DNA of 64,000 nt from Hemiscyllium ocellatum (Eukaryota): assembly GCF_020745735.1 (NCBI RefSeq), contig NC_083427.1:2697438-2761437 (forward strand). The letters are read 5' to 3'. The notes under the pieces are model-generated. The model saw nothing but the letters and a program-made list of their open reading frames with translations. It was not told where the DNA came from and did no database searches. Shown here in pieces: positions 38,601 to 52,254 of the stretch. The position numbers and the translations under genes are program-made. Within the stretch, counting starts at the first letter, position 1; every line of letters begins with the position of its first letter.

Positions 38601-40365
38601 AATATAATTCCCAGGATTCTCCTTACATTCCTTCTTAAACAAAGGCCATCTCCAATCATGGGCACCTCACATGTATTTATAGAGGATACAAACATTTGTG
38701 CAGTAATATTAATCATTATTAACACTAATCACTTGGAGCCTTACTTAGGCTGTACAGTCCAGGAAACAAGCTGTTCAACCCAACCAGGCTGTGATGCACT
38801 TATGCTCCACTTCAACCACCTCCCGTCTTTCTAAATCAAAATCTACTCTCTCCCCTTCATAATCTCCTCTCCCTTATTCATTTGTCTCGCCTCCCGCAAA
38901 GGGATCAGGACTATTCACTTCGAGCACCCCCTGTGCTGGCGAGTTCCACATTTTTACCCCCGGCTTTAGTGAGAAGGTTTTTTTTTCTCCATTCTCTACT
39001 GTATTAATGTACTGACGGCTGTTTAAGATTGACACTCTCTCGTTATGCTCACAACAGAAAGCATTCCCCCTCGGTGTTCATAAGTTTAAAGACCTCTGTG
39101 CCATCACTGGCTTAGCCAGCGAATCCAGACCCAGCCTGTCAATCCTTTCCTGACCCGAAATCCTGCGATCACCATGATAAACATTCCCAGATCACCATTC
39201 TGGAATCACTAGGATAAACCTCCCTAACCAATGTCTCTTAAAAGGTCAGGGTGGGCAGAGAGATCTTTTATATTTGAGTCACAGATAATCCAAAAACACG
39301 GGTGGGAGAGCGGTTGAGACATGAGCTGATCTTGAAAGAGTTAGTTAAGATTGTGAGAGCCAAACAGACAGGAAATGCATACAGCCTGTGACAGTGAGAG
39401 TGATTGCTGAGGACAAACAGTCTGAGGATGCAGACTGAGTGCAGGTCGCCGAAGCCGATGGTTCACTGGAAGGTGTGGAGGGTGGCTTGAAACCAGTAGG
39501 GGATCAATTCCGAACATCTTCCATGCCCAAAATGAAAAATCTTCCCCTCGATAGCCATTGTGATCTTTACACGGTTGTGTGTGGGACCTTTATCTGGGTT
39601 GCATGCATCTTTCTCGAGGCATGTCCAGGACAAAGAGACCAGGCCTGCGCAGTGTCTGTCAGCCGGAAAGATGCTGTGAATTATTTCCTCATCAGCACCA
39701 AAGACAGAGAGAAAAAGAGAGCGATCTGATTAAGATGGAGTACATTTCTTCAGATCCTCTAAGTTCATTGATTTCTAACAGGGCAAAAGTGAGGACTGCA
39801 GATGCTGGAACGCAGAGTTTAGATCAGAGAGGTGTTGGAAAAGCACAGCAGGTCAGGCAACATCCGAGGGGCACTGATTTGTAACAGTTCACTGCTACCT
39901 TGGGGTACCTTGCCTCCATTCCTGTGCTGAGGGATACTTCTTTAAAACAGGTGGGAGAGGAACACTGGAGACTCGCAATTCCTCCCGAATTCCCACTTCC
40001 TTCTGGTGGGTAATGCCGGTGTGGATTGTCCAAGGTTTGTCAGCAAGGATTCATCCACACTTCCTCAGGGGGGGTGTTAGCTGAGTGGAAGTTTACAGAC
40101 TCCGAATCGTGGAGTTCATAATAAAGATCAACTTGGAACTGAAGTCATAGTCCCTGGCATTATTCCGAATGAAGGTCAGATGACCCATGGGGAAAGATCG
40201 CAGACCGTCGTTCTCAAAGGGACACTCCAGCCCTAGGAATGCAATCAGCAACAGATCCAGAATATTACACAGGAATGATTGAAATCAGTAGGAATGGCCC
40301 CTTCGCTTTCAGAATTGTTCAGTCGCGGATATGATTAACAGTAGCGTGTAACGGAATCCCGGTGC

Positions 40366-40685
40366 TCAGTTGTGACCCCTCTGGTGTACGCTCAGGTTTG
40401 CAGATTGAGTGAATCCCTTCCCACACACAGGGCAGGGGAACGGCCTCTCCCCGGTGTGGACCCACTGGTGTTCAGTGAGGCTGCAGGTATACCTGAAACT
40501 CTTCCCGCAGCGAGGGCAGGCATAGGGATTCTCATCGAGGTGCACCCGCTGGTGTTGCAGCAAGTTGGACGACCGGGCAAATCCCTTCCCGCACTCTGGG
40601 CAAGTGAACGGCCTCTCCGCTGTGTGAACGCGCCGATGGGTTTCTAGCTCAGATGGGGTTCTCACAGTCCTCACATTTCCTCCAT
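40366..40685 (-). pseudogene. ZNF-C: three intact C2H2 fingers with a frameshifted start
   Basis: The family ATG reads ATG GAG GAA ATG TGA. The finger frame has no ATG back to an in-frame TAA. Acceptor and leader are retained at ~41040. Confidence 0.65.
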
Positions 40686-41929
40686 GTTGCAGGGGTCCTT
40701 GTGAATCAACGAGTTAGACTGAAGCCTGTTACACACAGACAACTCAATGGGTTGTGGAACTAGTTAAACGCTCCACAATCAGCAGGGGAACGCACATACA
40801 CTCAGTCTGTGTGACCAGTTAAAGCTCCTTCCACAGTCAGTCCACGGGGACACTCTCACTTGGGTGGATATATGTGTCTCGCTGATGTTGGAAACCTTTT
40901 CCCTCAGACAGAAGCAGACAACCTCCACCTTCTGCGTTCAAGGGCTGATGATATTCCGGTCCCTGGTGAACTGCGTGACTCTGTCAGGTCTTGAGGTGAT
41001 GTTCGAGTTACCTGTCTGTAAATCCTCCCACTCTAATCCCCTGTATAAGATTACAAAATGCAATCAGGACGTTCAATTCCAATTTCCGTTGAACATTTTA
41101 TCCTCTCCTGCTCTCCCAAAGCTGTAAATCCACACCTCACAACTATCCCTCCTCCTCAGAGTGAAATTCAACAGAAGGTGTCCGATAATTATAGGATCAG
41201 GAGTAGGCTATCCATCCTCGGGCCTGTTCTGCCATTCTTTGAGATCATGGTTGATCTGGGGCCTAACTTCCTGGGCCTTCCCTTAGCAAAGATTGATCTA
41301 TTTCAGATTTAAAATTAACAACTGATCTAGCATCAACCACCATTTGTGAAAGGGAACTCCAAACCGTTTTCATCTGATCGAAGCAGTCTCACCCTAATCC
41401 CCAGTGGAAATAGTTCATACTCATGCACCCTGTCTTTTTCTGCTAAGACTAGATTCTCTCCAGCATGGAAACAGACCCTTCAGTCCACACCAACCCTCTG
41501 AAGAGTAACCCACCCATTTCCCTCTGACTAATGCACCATTTCCCTCTGACTAATGCACAGTCGCCCAGAGTCAAACCCAGGTCCCTGGCACCGTGAGAGG
41601 CAGCATTGGTAACCACTGAGCCACCGTGCCACCCAATTGATTCGGGCAAAACAATGAGGGGCATCGATAGGATCGACAGGAAGAAATGTCTCCCCCTTGA
41701 TGGAGAGATCAATGACTATGGGGTGGGGTGGGGTGGGATGGGGTGCAGGGGCAGGAGGTTCAGAGAGGGACGTGAGGAGAAACCTTTCGGTCTGGAGCTA
41801 GTTGGGAATCTGGAACCTTCAGTACCTGCAAAGGGTGGAAGAGAAAGAAACCCTCGTAACATTTAAGGAAGTATTTAGGTGTGCACTTGCCACACGCCAA
41901 GGCTTTGGGAATGCGAGCGCAGCAGCTAG

Positions 41930-42360
41930 ATGGCTGTTTCGGACAGGCGCAGGGTCGATGGGCTGAACGGTCTTCGTTCCTTGCGCCAGCTGATCCGCGC
42001 GGCTCCTCTTCATTGTCCCTGAGCGGTGGGGGGCCCGCGCATGCGTCCTGCTCCACCGTGCCCCCAACAAAGGTGGCGGCGGAGACTGCACACTGCACCC
42101 CCGGGACCCAACAAAGATGGCGGCTATCCCCCGAGGAGCGGGGATGGGGTGGAAGCCTCCCCCGGTACCGGCTGGCGAAGGCTCCCTGCAAACAAAACGC
42201 CGCCGAGGTTCCTGTTCGTGGACTGCACAGTTAACACGCTCCGCCTCATAAATCACCATTTGCGGATCCAAGAAGAAGCCCCCCTCCCTTGCCGCCATCC
42301 TCACGCTCTGCGCATGCTCCGTACCGTGGTGGTGGCCGCCGCGCCTGCGCACGGATCTCC
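41930..42360 (-). promoter_or_regulatory. CpG-island promoter and first exon of ZNF-C
   Basis: Reverse complement of 42250-42355 is homologous to ZNF-B exon 1 (GCGCAGGCGCG..GGAGCATGCGCAGAG..ATGGCG). YY1-like pair at 42059-42080 and 42107-42124. Confidence 0.75.
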
Positions 42361-44734
42361 TCGTTCTGAGGACAGGGGTAATTCACTGGCGCAAGGACTT
42401 CTGGGTATTAACCTGCAATTCTTTCATCCAACTATTACAATTAGATTCCCTGCAGGCCCTTCAGCCCAACAAGTCCACACTGAACCGAAGAGTATCCCAC
42501 CATTGTTCTACATTTACCCCTGACTAATGCGCCTAACCTGAACACTATGGGCAATTTAGATTACTTACTGTGTGGAAACAGGCCCTTCGGCCCAACAAGT
42601 CCACACCAACCCGCCGAAGCGCAACCCACCCAGACCCATTCCCCTACATTTACTCCTTCGCCTAACACGACGGGCAATTTAGCATGGCCAATTCACCTAA
42701 CCTGCCCGTTTTTGGACTGTGGGACCCGGAGGAAACCCACGCAGACACAGGGAGAATGTACAAACTCCACACAGACAGTTGCCCGCAGCTGGCATCAAAC
42801 CTGGGTCCCTGCTACTGCGTGGCATCAACACTGACCACTGAGCCATCTTGCTGCCCCATCACATTCTACTTTGTTCTAAACTTGTAGGGTGAACGCAATG
42901 GGGTGGGAGGGACCTGTAATAAAATTAGTCAGCTTTCACCATTGGTAAATGGAGTGAAACCCTTTGAGAAGGAATATAGTCATAAAGATGGACAGCACAG
43001 AAACAGACCACTCAGTACAACTCGACCATGCCCACCAAATATCAATCCTGAAAAAGGTTACACCAGAAACATCGACTTCTCCGCCTCCTGATGCTGCCTG
43101 GCTTGCTGTGTTCTTCCAGCTTCCTGCCTGTCAACCAGATATCCTCACCTAATCTAGTCCAATTTGCCAACATTTGACCCATATCCTTCTAAATCTTTCC
43201 TACTCCCTTGGGGTGGCATGATGGCTCAGCAGTTAGCACTGCTACCTTACAGCGCCAGGGACGCAGGTTCAATTCCAGCCTTGGGTGACTGTCTGTGTGG
43301 AGTTTACAGATCCTCTCCACCCCGTCTACGTGGGTCCCCTCCGGGTGTTCCGCTTTCCTCCCACAGTCCAAAGATTTGCAGGTTAGGTTGGATTGGTAAA
43401 GCTAAGTTGACCCTAGTAGTCAGGGGTGTGCAGGTTAGGTGCATTAGTCAGGGGTAAATGTAGTGTAATAGAGGATGAGGGTCTGGGTGTGATACTCTTC
43501 GGAGGGTCGGTGTGGTCTTGATGAGCCAAAGGGCCTATTTCCACCCTGGAGGGATTGTATGATTCTCTATGCAGATACCCATCCAGCTGCCTTTTAAGTG
43601 TTGTAATTGTACAAGCCTCCACCACTTCCTCTGGCAGCTCATTCCATACATGCACCACCTTCTGAATGAAAACATTGCCCCTTGGGTCCCCTTTAAATCC
43701 ATCCCCTCTCACCCTGAACCTAGGCCTCTCATTCTGGCTTCTCACCCCAGGGAAAAGACCTTGTCTATTTACCTATCCATGCTCCTCGTGATTTTATCAA
43801 CTAATGCGGTAATAATTTGTTCTTCTCTGCAGTGGGCAAAATTCACTGTTTAATACTAACCTGATTTTCTCTGATTATGCAGTGTGACCTTTCCTTCTAT
43901 CATTCAATATATAAAGGATGAATTGTACCACACAGAACCTCACAGATGAGTGACTATGCCCATTCTCATCGTCAGATGGACCAGACATTGATGAGGTCAC
44001 ACCTGGAATATGGTATGCAGTTCTGGTCACCTTATCTGAGGAAGATTGTTCTTGCTATCAGGGGAGTACCAGCTCGGGATGGCGGGACTGAAATATGAAG
44101 AGAGATTGCGTCAGTTCGGATTGCATCACTGGAGTTTAGTAGAAAGAGGGGTAAGCCTGTGGAATTTACTTTCATTGAAAGCAGTTGAGGCCAAAACATG
44201 ATGTGTTTTCAGGAAAGCGGTGGATATAGCTCTTGTGGCTGAAGGGATTTTTGTTTATTCACTCATGGGACACGGATGTTGCTGACTGGCCATCAGTTAT
44301 TGCCTATCCCTAGTTGTCCCTGACAAGGTGGTGATGAGTCTCCTTCTTGAGCCACTGCAATCCATGTGCTATAGATAAGGAATCTGGGGAGGGGGGAGGG
44401 GAAGAGGGGAAGGCAGGATCAGGGTAGAGAGCATGATGATCAGCTGATGATCAGTATGATGGTCATACTGAATGGCAAAGCAGGCACGAGGAATTGAATG
44501 GCCTCCTCCTGTCTTTGATATTTCTTTGGCCGAATTAGCCTGAGTCAGAGTCACTGGGATGTGGAGTGGAGGAGAATCACAGCACTCAACACTGACCAAT
44601 TCACATCAAAGGATGGTGAAAGGGGTACAATAAATAAACATTTCCACTTTTGGTGAAAATCAGTATGATCTCTGAGGTAGAATGAAACACAGCATGTGGA
44701 TGGGAAAGATTCATGATTTGGAGATGCCGGTGTT

Positions 44735-45205
44735 GGACTTTGCCTATTTATCCTATCCATGCCCCTCCTAATTTTGTAAACCTCTATAAGGTCACCCCTC
44801 AGCCTCCGACACTCCAGGGAAAACAGCCCCAGTCTGTTCAGCCTCTCCCTATAGCTCAAAACCTCCAACCCTGGCAACATCCTTGTCAATCTTTTCTGAA
44901 CCCTTTCAAGTTTCACAACATCTTTCCGATAGGAAGGAGACCAGAATTGCCCGCAATATTGCAGTGGTGTAATCAAAGTCCCGTACAGCCGCAACATGGC
45001 CTCCCAACTCCTGTACTCAATACTCTGACCAATAAAGGAAAGCATACCAAATGCCTTCTTCACTATCCTATCTACCTGCGACTCCACTTTCAAGGAGCTA
45101 TGAACCTGCACTCCAAGGTCTCTTTGTTCAGCAACACTCCCTTGAACCTTACTATTAAGTGTATAAGTCCTGCTAAGTTTTGCTTCCCCAAAATGCTGCA
45201 CCTCA
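44735..45205 (-). mobile_element. CR1 LINE fragment
   Basis: ORF 44551-45201 closely matches 6447-6957. Confidence 0.88.
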
Positions 45206-45269
45206 CACAGAGGAGAGGCTTTCTACTCTTCTATGTGAGAGAAGGGATTCACTATCATGTAACCTGTGT

Positions 45270-45749
45270 ACAGTGAGTCGAGATGATCATTTGAACCCAG
45301 TCCCGCAGTGGGAGCACGGGAACAGTCTCTAGTCAGGATGTACAAGTTGATGGATATTTACTCCCTGGAATTATTTTTGCACTTCCTGTGCTATGAGCAT
45401 TTAACAGTTCTCTCGCCAGTATCGCTGATATGTGATCAAGTTCCAATACTCAGAGTTGGTGAATGGTCTCTCACCAGTGTGGATTTGCTGGTGTGTAGTG
45501 ATTTAAGATGATTGCTTGAACCCTTCCCCAAAGCTGAACTGTCCCCCTTAAGTGTGTACATGTTGATGGTACATCACGTCTCTGGAATATTTATAGAATT
45601 TTCTGCAATTTGGGCATTAAAAAGGTCTCATCACTATCACCACACTGGTGTCTGACCAGGTGGGTTGCTTAAGTAAATCCTTTCCCACACGTGGAGCAGA
45701 TAAACCGCTTCTCTGCAGTGTGGCTGCTTTGATGAGCACCCAGATGTAG
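45270..45749 (-). pseudogene. Decayed C2H2 ZNF pseudogene cut by an LTR
   Basis: Remnants such as GAACCCAGTCCCGCAGTGGGAGCA (CSHCGTGF) and AATCCTTTCCCACACGTGGAGCAG, with many indels. Confidence 0.8.
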
Positions 45750-46860
45750 TGTTAGGCTCAGAAATGATCACTTCACACCAGCCCATTAATGGTAACTGTT
45801 AAGGGTTAATTGCCCATGGCAATGAGCAATTGAAGCAAAGTGGAAACGTACATGAGAAACAGGCCTAATGCAAAAACAGCCTGATCTTGAGGGTTGGTGT
45901 GAACTGTCTGCTTGTGTGGTCTACAAGGAGCCACCTGGACTTGTTTTTATTTTTAACCTAGTTTTGAGGAAACGTACTGAAGTTGTTATGAAAAGGTGAT
46001 ACAGGTCATAATACGAATAGTATTTATATCAGGGACTTATTGAACTTTTCTCATCAGACCAAGGACTTTCAGCATTGGGCAGGGGTTCCTGAACCAGTGC
46101 CATGTGGAAAGTGAGCTAGAGCTCCAAATCACTGAGGAGTCCCTAACAGACAGCAGGCAGTCTGTTGACTATGTCTAAGCTTGCTTGAGCTAATAGGCTC
46201 ATTCATTAGTTTGCATCTATGTAAAGTAGATTAAGCTAATGAATTTGCTTCACATCAGAGCTCACATGTCTTGTATTCATTTTGATCAGATCTGAAAGAA
46301 TCCCCCAACACACTAAAACAGCAGCTAATGAACTTGAAAGACACTGTACAGACAACAAGCAAAACTAATGTCATTTACAAAACACCTTGTAAGAACCGTA
46401 ACAAACATTACATTGGACAAACAGGCAGAAAACTAGCCACCAGGATACATGAACACCAACTAGCCACAAAAGACATAATGAGGAAGGGCACCACTTCAAC
46501 TGGGACAACACATCCATCCTAGGACAAGCCAAACAGAGACACGCACGAGAATTCCTAGAAGCATGGCATTCCAACCAGAACTCTATCAACAAGCATATCG
46601 ACTTGGACACCATTTACCACCCTCTGAGAAAAAGAACCACAAATGACATCACCACAGGAAATGGCATCACCACAGGAAATTGCATCACCAACCCAAGGAA
46701 ACCGAAACACATAAATAGAAAACCGGTCACTAACACCAGTGCTTTACCGGAGGCTCACTGATGATGGTACATAGTATGGTGACGAAACGTCTGAAAACAA
46801 ACCTTCTAGCTCAGCGAGCAAACCTCCATTCAGAATCCATGAGACACTTTCGGCTTAACA
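45750..46860 (+). mobile_element. Old LTR interrupted by a PLE
   Basis: TGTTAGG...CTTAACA termini. Homologous in opposite orientation to 47000-47150 and 51152-53322. Degenerate Ser-tRNA-like PBS TGTTGCTGCAAACAGGG at ~46868. Confidence 0.6.
46304..46831 (+). mobile_element. Penelope-like element 3' fragment with hammerhead core at 46755-46794
   Basis: NVIYKTPCKNRNKHYIGQTGRKLATRIHEH (GIY-YIG); TCA-CTGATGA...GAAACGTC-TGA; flanked by an AGAATCC duplication. Confidence 0.88.
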
Positions 46861-49099
46861 ATGCACTTGTTGCTGCAAACAGGGCCGGAGCAAAATGTTC
46901 AAGATGGAGAAAGACGAAGAGGAAAACCAAAAGCCAAGTTCCTTCGAACATGTTGGCTGGAGAGCAAATGATCAAAATGATTGCAAGAAGATACATTCAC
47001 CTCAATATATAGCTAATTTATTAGCTTAATCTACTTAATATATGTGCGCAATGAGCGAAACTATTAGTTTACACCACTTTATACATATTAGTTTGCATGA
47101 GCCTTACTGCCTTGTCTTCAGGCTGGAGACATTGGATGGCTGCTCTTGGCCTGGTATGCCTCTTTAGTACTCCTATCTTTGAACCGTGTACACTGCAGCT
47201 TAGCAGGGGTATTTGATTTGAAAGATCAAATGTTGGTAGAGGGTGCTAACTAGCCTGGTCCCAGTGTTCTAAATTAGTTCCTTTTAAAACAAAACCCACA
47301 GGCAAGAGTAATTATCTAATACTTTGATTTCATTGGATATTGACAAAAATTGACAACAATAGACTTAAAAGTTTCTTCCGTGTACAGCTTCAACGGTAGG
47401 AGAGTAGATGCTGGGTATAATTCTTCTGGATCATGCACTTTTTTTTATTATTTCTTAAAAACAAAAATGCATAAGCAAATATTTTGACAAAGCAAAATGT
47501 TTCCTTTAAAATAAAATACAGACAGCGGGTCTCTTTGTATCTGACTGAGAAAGGTCACCATTTGAAGGGCACACTTACTTACAACTGTAACAATCTCTAG
47601 TTCCTGCCTTGATAAAGGGCTCTACACCCACAGACTTAACCTGGTTCTTTTCATTCACTGTGTCATCTATGAGAATTAAGATCCTTGTAAGAGAACAAAC
47701 AAGAGAAAAATCCTATTGAGAAAAATTAAAAACTGATTAAACATTGTTTACTGGAGGTAATTTAAAGGAGAAGATGCCTTATAACAAACCCCACCCATTA
47801 TTGTTATCACTGACATCACGACAATTGTGTATATTCTAGATAAAATATGCATAAATTGTGGATACTAAGGAGTAAAAAGATATAGGAATAGTGTGAGAAA
47901 GTGAGTTGTGGTAGGAGTTCACCTGTGAATATTGACCTAGTGTTGTCGGGCTGACATGTTTCATTAATGGCCAATTAATTTCTTCCCAAACAACCTATCT
48001 CACTTTCTAATGAGACAAAACCACCCAGACTGTTTCCATTAGCTCTTGTGTCCTTTAAAATTCAATTGAATTTCCTATTTCATGTTTTAACTTGCAACTC
48101 ATACCAAGTGATTTAGTCAATTCCCAATTTCAGAAAGAATGATGTCCAGGCTTGGTGGTTTTAAACAGTGCTCCGATTGTGATTGTTGTCAGTTCCAGCT
48201 TCTTCCATTTTCAAAGACTTTGTCTCCCCAAGACTTTCAGCTCCCTTGCAATGTTCTTGAAACCTGTATAAAACCAACAACAACAAAAAAGAAATCCTCT
48301 GTGGCTCTGGAAGATGCCCAGTTGGTTAATAATATCCATTTAAAACGTCTACCACACCGAAGTTGTGTGAGAAGATTTTAAAACTGTCAGCAGTAAGAGT
48401 AAACTTTGTTGAGTTCAGAAGGGGCACAGCCAAGTCACCAGGTGACACCATGTCATATTTTCATGTATTCAGTTTTAAAATACTGTTAAAAGTCTTCTGA
48501 AATCCTCAAATTGGCATTTTAAATTTCTAATGTCTTAAAGAAAACCTTTTTTGTTCTTTCTTTTAAGGCCACCTTCAAAAAAAAATGAGTCAACAGCAAA
48601 AAACATTTCTCATTCCAAATTCCGAGTGCAAATTAAATGTCTTCCATCAAAGTTTCTCTGTTTTAAGAACAAGCAAAGCCATGTTATTTTTTCACAACAC
48701 CTTGTCTACAGCAGTATACAAAAGAATTTTTTAAAAACTTTTCAATGAAATAAGATTTCAAAGTTTTGAATCTATAATATTTCCAGACTACTCCTTGTTT
48801 TAACATTGATTTCAGTCGAATGTAAGAAATAATCTCATTATAACTCTGATAGGAACTTGGTGAAAGCAATCCAATTTGCACAGAGGGCTTCTTTAACTTC
48901 AACGGAGGAAAGGGACATGTTGATCTTTTCCCTCACTGTGCCTCAGGGTCCAACTCCTTTATCTGCCCCTTCTAGCTCCTTGCTGACATTACACACTTGT
49001 TTTATCTCACTACTGTACACAGGAATGGAACAGCTAGAGGGAGACACTGTTAGCTACATTCTCAAGGTTAGATGTCTTGTCTTTGAAGGTAACAGTCCC

Positions 49100-49470
49100 A
49101 ACTGAATTGAACTGAATTGAATTTATTGTCATGTGTACCGAGGCACAGTGAAAAGCTTTGCCTTGCGATCAATACAAGCAGATCACTGAGTTAAGTCACA
49201 TAGATAAGTAAACAGCTGCAAAGACAAAAAGATGTACAGGCGAATGTTATAAGTTTGTGAATCCTTTCAGTGTTCTAATAACAGTAGGGTAGAAACTGTT
49301 ACAAAACCGGCTGGTGTGTGTGTTCAGGCTTCTCTACCTTCTCTCTAATGGTAGAGGTTGTAGAAAAGCATTGCCAGGGTGGGATGGATCTTTGAGAATG
49401 CTGGCAGCCTTTCCTTGACTGTGGGTCTGGTAGGTGGATTCTATAGATGGGAGGTTGGTCTTTTGTAGAT
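49100..49470 (-). mobile_element. Rex1/Babar-like LINE 3' end
   Basis: Minus-strand tail TTTTCACTGTGCCTCGGTACACATGACAATAAA plus a microsatellite. Related tails at 50575-50830 (+), 53995-54350 (-) and 60714-60900 (-). Confidence 0.6.
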
Positions 49471-49529
49471 TCTGTCTCACAGCTTTTGATTTTCGCCATT
49501 TGATAATTATATTCCATTGAAATTACCTT

Positions 49530-50030
49530 CCCAAAATTCCAATTTTCCTCATTCTCACATTCATCGAAATAAAACTCCATCTGCCACTTCTCAGCCCACC
49601 TGATCAAGATCCCGTTGTACTCTGAGGTAACCTTCTCTGCTGTCCACTACACCTCCAATTTTGGTGTCATCTGCAAACTTAATCACTATACCTCTTTTGC
49701 TCACATCCAAATCATTTATATAAATGATGAAAAGTGATGGACTCAGCACAGATCCCTGTGGCACTCCACTGGTCACAGGCCTCCAGTCTGAAAAACAACC
49801 CTCCACCACCACCCTCTGTTTTCTATCTTTGAGCCAGTTCTGTATCCAAATGGCTAGTTCTCCCTGTATTCCATGAGATCTAACCTTGCTCACCAGTCTC
49901 CCATGGGGAACCTTGTCGAACACCTTACTGAAGTCCATACAGATCACATCTACTGCTCTGCCCTCATCAATCCTCTTTGTTACTTCTTCAAACAACTCAA
50001 TCAAGTTTGTGAGATAGTATTTCACACGCA
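49530..50030 (-). mobile_element. CR1 RT fragment
   Basis: ORF 49591-50082 (DFSKVFDKVPH, GVPQGS, FADD). Confidence 0.9.
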
Positions 50031-51407
50031 CAAATAGTTCTTGCGCTGTGACAATATGAGGAGGGCATTCAGCCGAATACACTTTTTGGACAACACCCTT
50101 GGTTTGTTTGGGAAACTACTTCCTCTCTACAGTCCTTCTTGGTATGGAGTAGCCCCTTGAGATCTGTTCCAAATCCCTACAAACACTGTGAAGACCCAAC
50201 CCAGCCAACTGGTTCATGAGCACACATGATTAGAGGACCATTCCGGGACACAGAATGTTTCCCCAGCCATGGGTATACATCTTCTTCTTGAAGATTTCCT
50301 CCCACAATTCAAAAGATGCGCAGGTTACAGTGGATTGGCGGTGCTGAATTGCCCATAATGTTAAGGGATGTGTAGGTGAGGTACATGAGTCAGGGGTAAA
50401 TGTGGGCTAACAGGGTAGGGGAATGGATCTGGGTGGGATACTCTTCGGAGGGGTCAGTTTGGACTTGTTGGGCCAAAGGGCCTGTTACCACACTGTAGGG
50501 ATTGTATGATTCTAAGACTCTGCTCACAGCACCCTGTTTATAATCTCTTCCAACCTCTTCCCTCAGGCAGCAGACACCAAAGCTTGTGCACACACACCAA
50601 AAGATTCAAGAACAGCTTCTTCCCTGCCTGTATTAGACTAGACATTAATTAAATGTTACATTTAACATTGATCTCGTTGTTTGTACACCTCCACTGCAGC
50701 TGTAACATGGTGTTTCTCGCTCTGCTCTATTACCCTTATGCACCTTGTATGGTATGATATGCCAGGACTGCATGCAAAGCAAAACTTTTCACTGTACCTA
50801 GGTACATGCAGCAATAGTAAATCAAATCAAAGATGTGTTGTTTGACTAACAACACATGCATGGAGTCATAGAGATGTACAGCACGGATACAGACCCTTCG
50901 GTCCAACCCGTCCATGCCGACCAGATATCCCAAACCAATCTAGTCCCACCTGCCAACACCCGGCCCATATCCCTCCAAACCCTTCCTATTCATATACCCA
51001 TCCAAATGCCTCTTAACTATTACAACTGTACCAGCCTCCACCACTTCCTTTGGCAGCTCATTCCATACTCGTACCACCCTCTGTGTGAAAAAGTTGCCCC
51101 TTAGGTCTCTTTTATATCTTTCCCCTCTCAGCCTAAACCTATGCCCTCTAGCACTTCACTAATTTATTAGTTTAATCTATTTAACATCTATACAAGCTAA
51201 TGAGTGAATCTATTAGTTTAAGTTGCTTCATACATGTGCAAACTGAGGAGTTTTCCTGCCTTGTTTTCATGCTAGGGGCTTTGGATGATTGGCACTTGGA
51301 GCTCTATCTCAGATTCCATGTCACGGGTCTCATGAACCTCCATCCAATGGCCTGACCGGGGAAGTCCAACAAGAGCACTGAAGTCCCCAGTATTAATACT
51401 ACTCAGG

Positions 51408-52152
51408 CTAGGATTAAAGACAGGATTCTTGGAAGTGTAGAGGAACAGAGGGATCTGGGTGTGCAGGTACATAGATCCCTCAAAGTTGCCACCCAAGTGG
51501 ATAGTGTTGTTAAGAAAGCACATAGTGTTTAGGCTTTCATTAACAGGGGAATCGAGTTTACGAGCTGCGAGGTTTTGTTGCAGCTCTACAAGTCTCTGGT
51601 GAGACCACACTTGGAATATTGTGTCCAGTTCTGATCGCCCTACTGTAGGAAAGATACAGAGGCTTTGGAGAGGGTGCAAAGAAGGTTTACCAGGATGCTG
51701 TCTGGACTGGAGGGCTTGCCTGATGAAGAAAGGTTGAATAAGCTCGGACTTTTCTCTCTGGAGAGAAGGAGGAAGAGAGGAGACCTGATCAAGGTGTACA
51801 AAATAATGAGAGGAACAGATAGAGTCAATAGCCAGAGACTTTTCCCCAGGGCAGGATTGACTGGGACAAGGAGTCAAAGTTTGAGGATATTAGGAGGAAG
51901 GTATAAAGGAGATGTCAGAGGTAGGTTCTTTATGCAAAGAGTTGTGAATGCATGGAATACATTGCCAACGGTGGTGGTGGACGCAGACACACTGGGGACA
52001 TTTAAGCGACTGCTGGACATGCACATGGATAGCAGTGAGTTGAGGGGTGTGTCGGTCAAGTTATTATATTTTACATTAGGATTAAATCTCGGCACAACAT
52101 CGTGGGCCAAAGGGCCTGTTATTTGCTGTACTTTTCTGCGTTCTATGTTCTA
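51408..52152 (+). mobile_element. CR1 LINE 3' end
   Basis: ORF 51665-52153; same subfamily as 14995-15735. Confidence 0.88.
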
Positions 52153-52254
52153 GGACTTCCCTTACCTTTCCAGGTCATTCCATTGTGAAGAAAATAAGGT
52201 GGAAATATCCCCTGGTGGCTCTGTCTTAACTACATAGAACAATGGTTCCCACAG

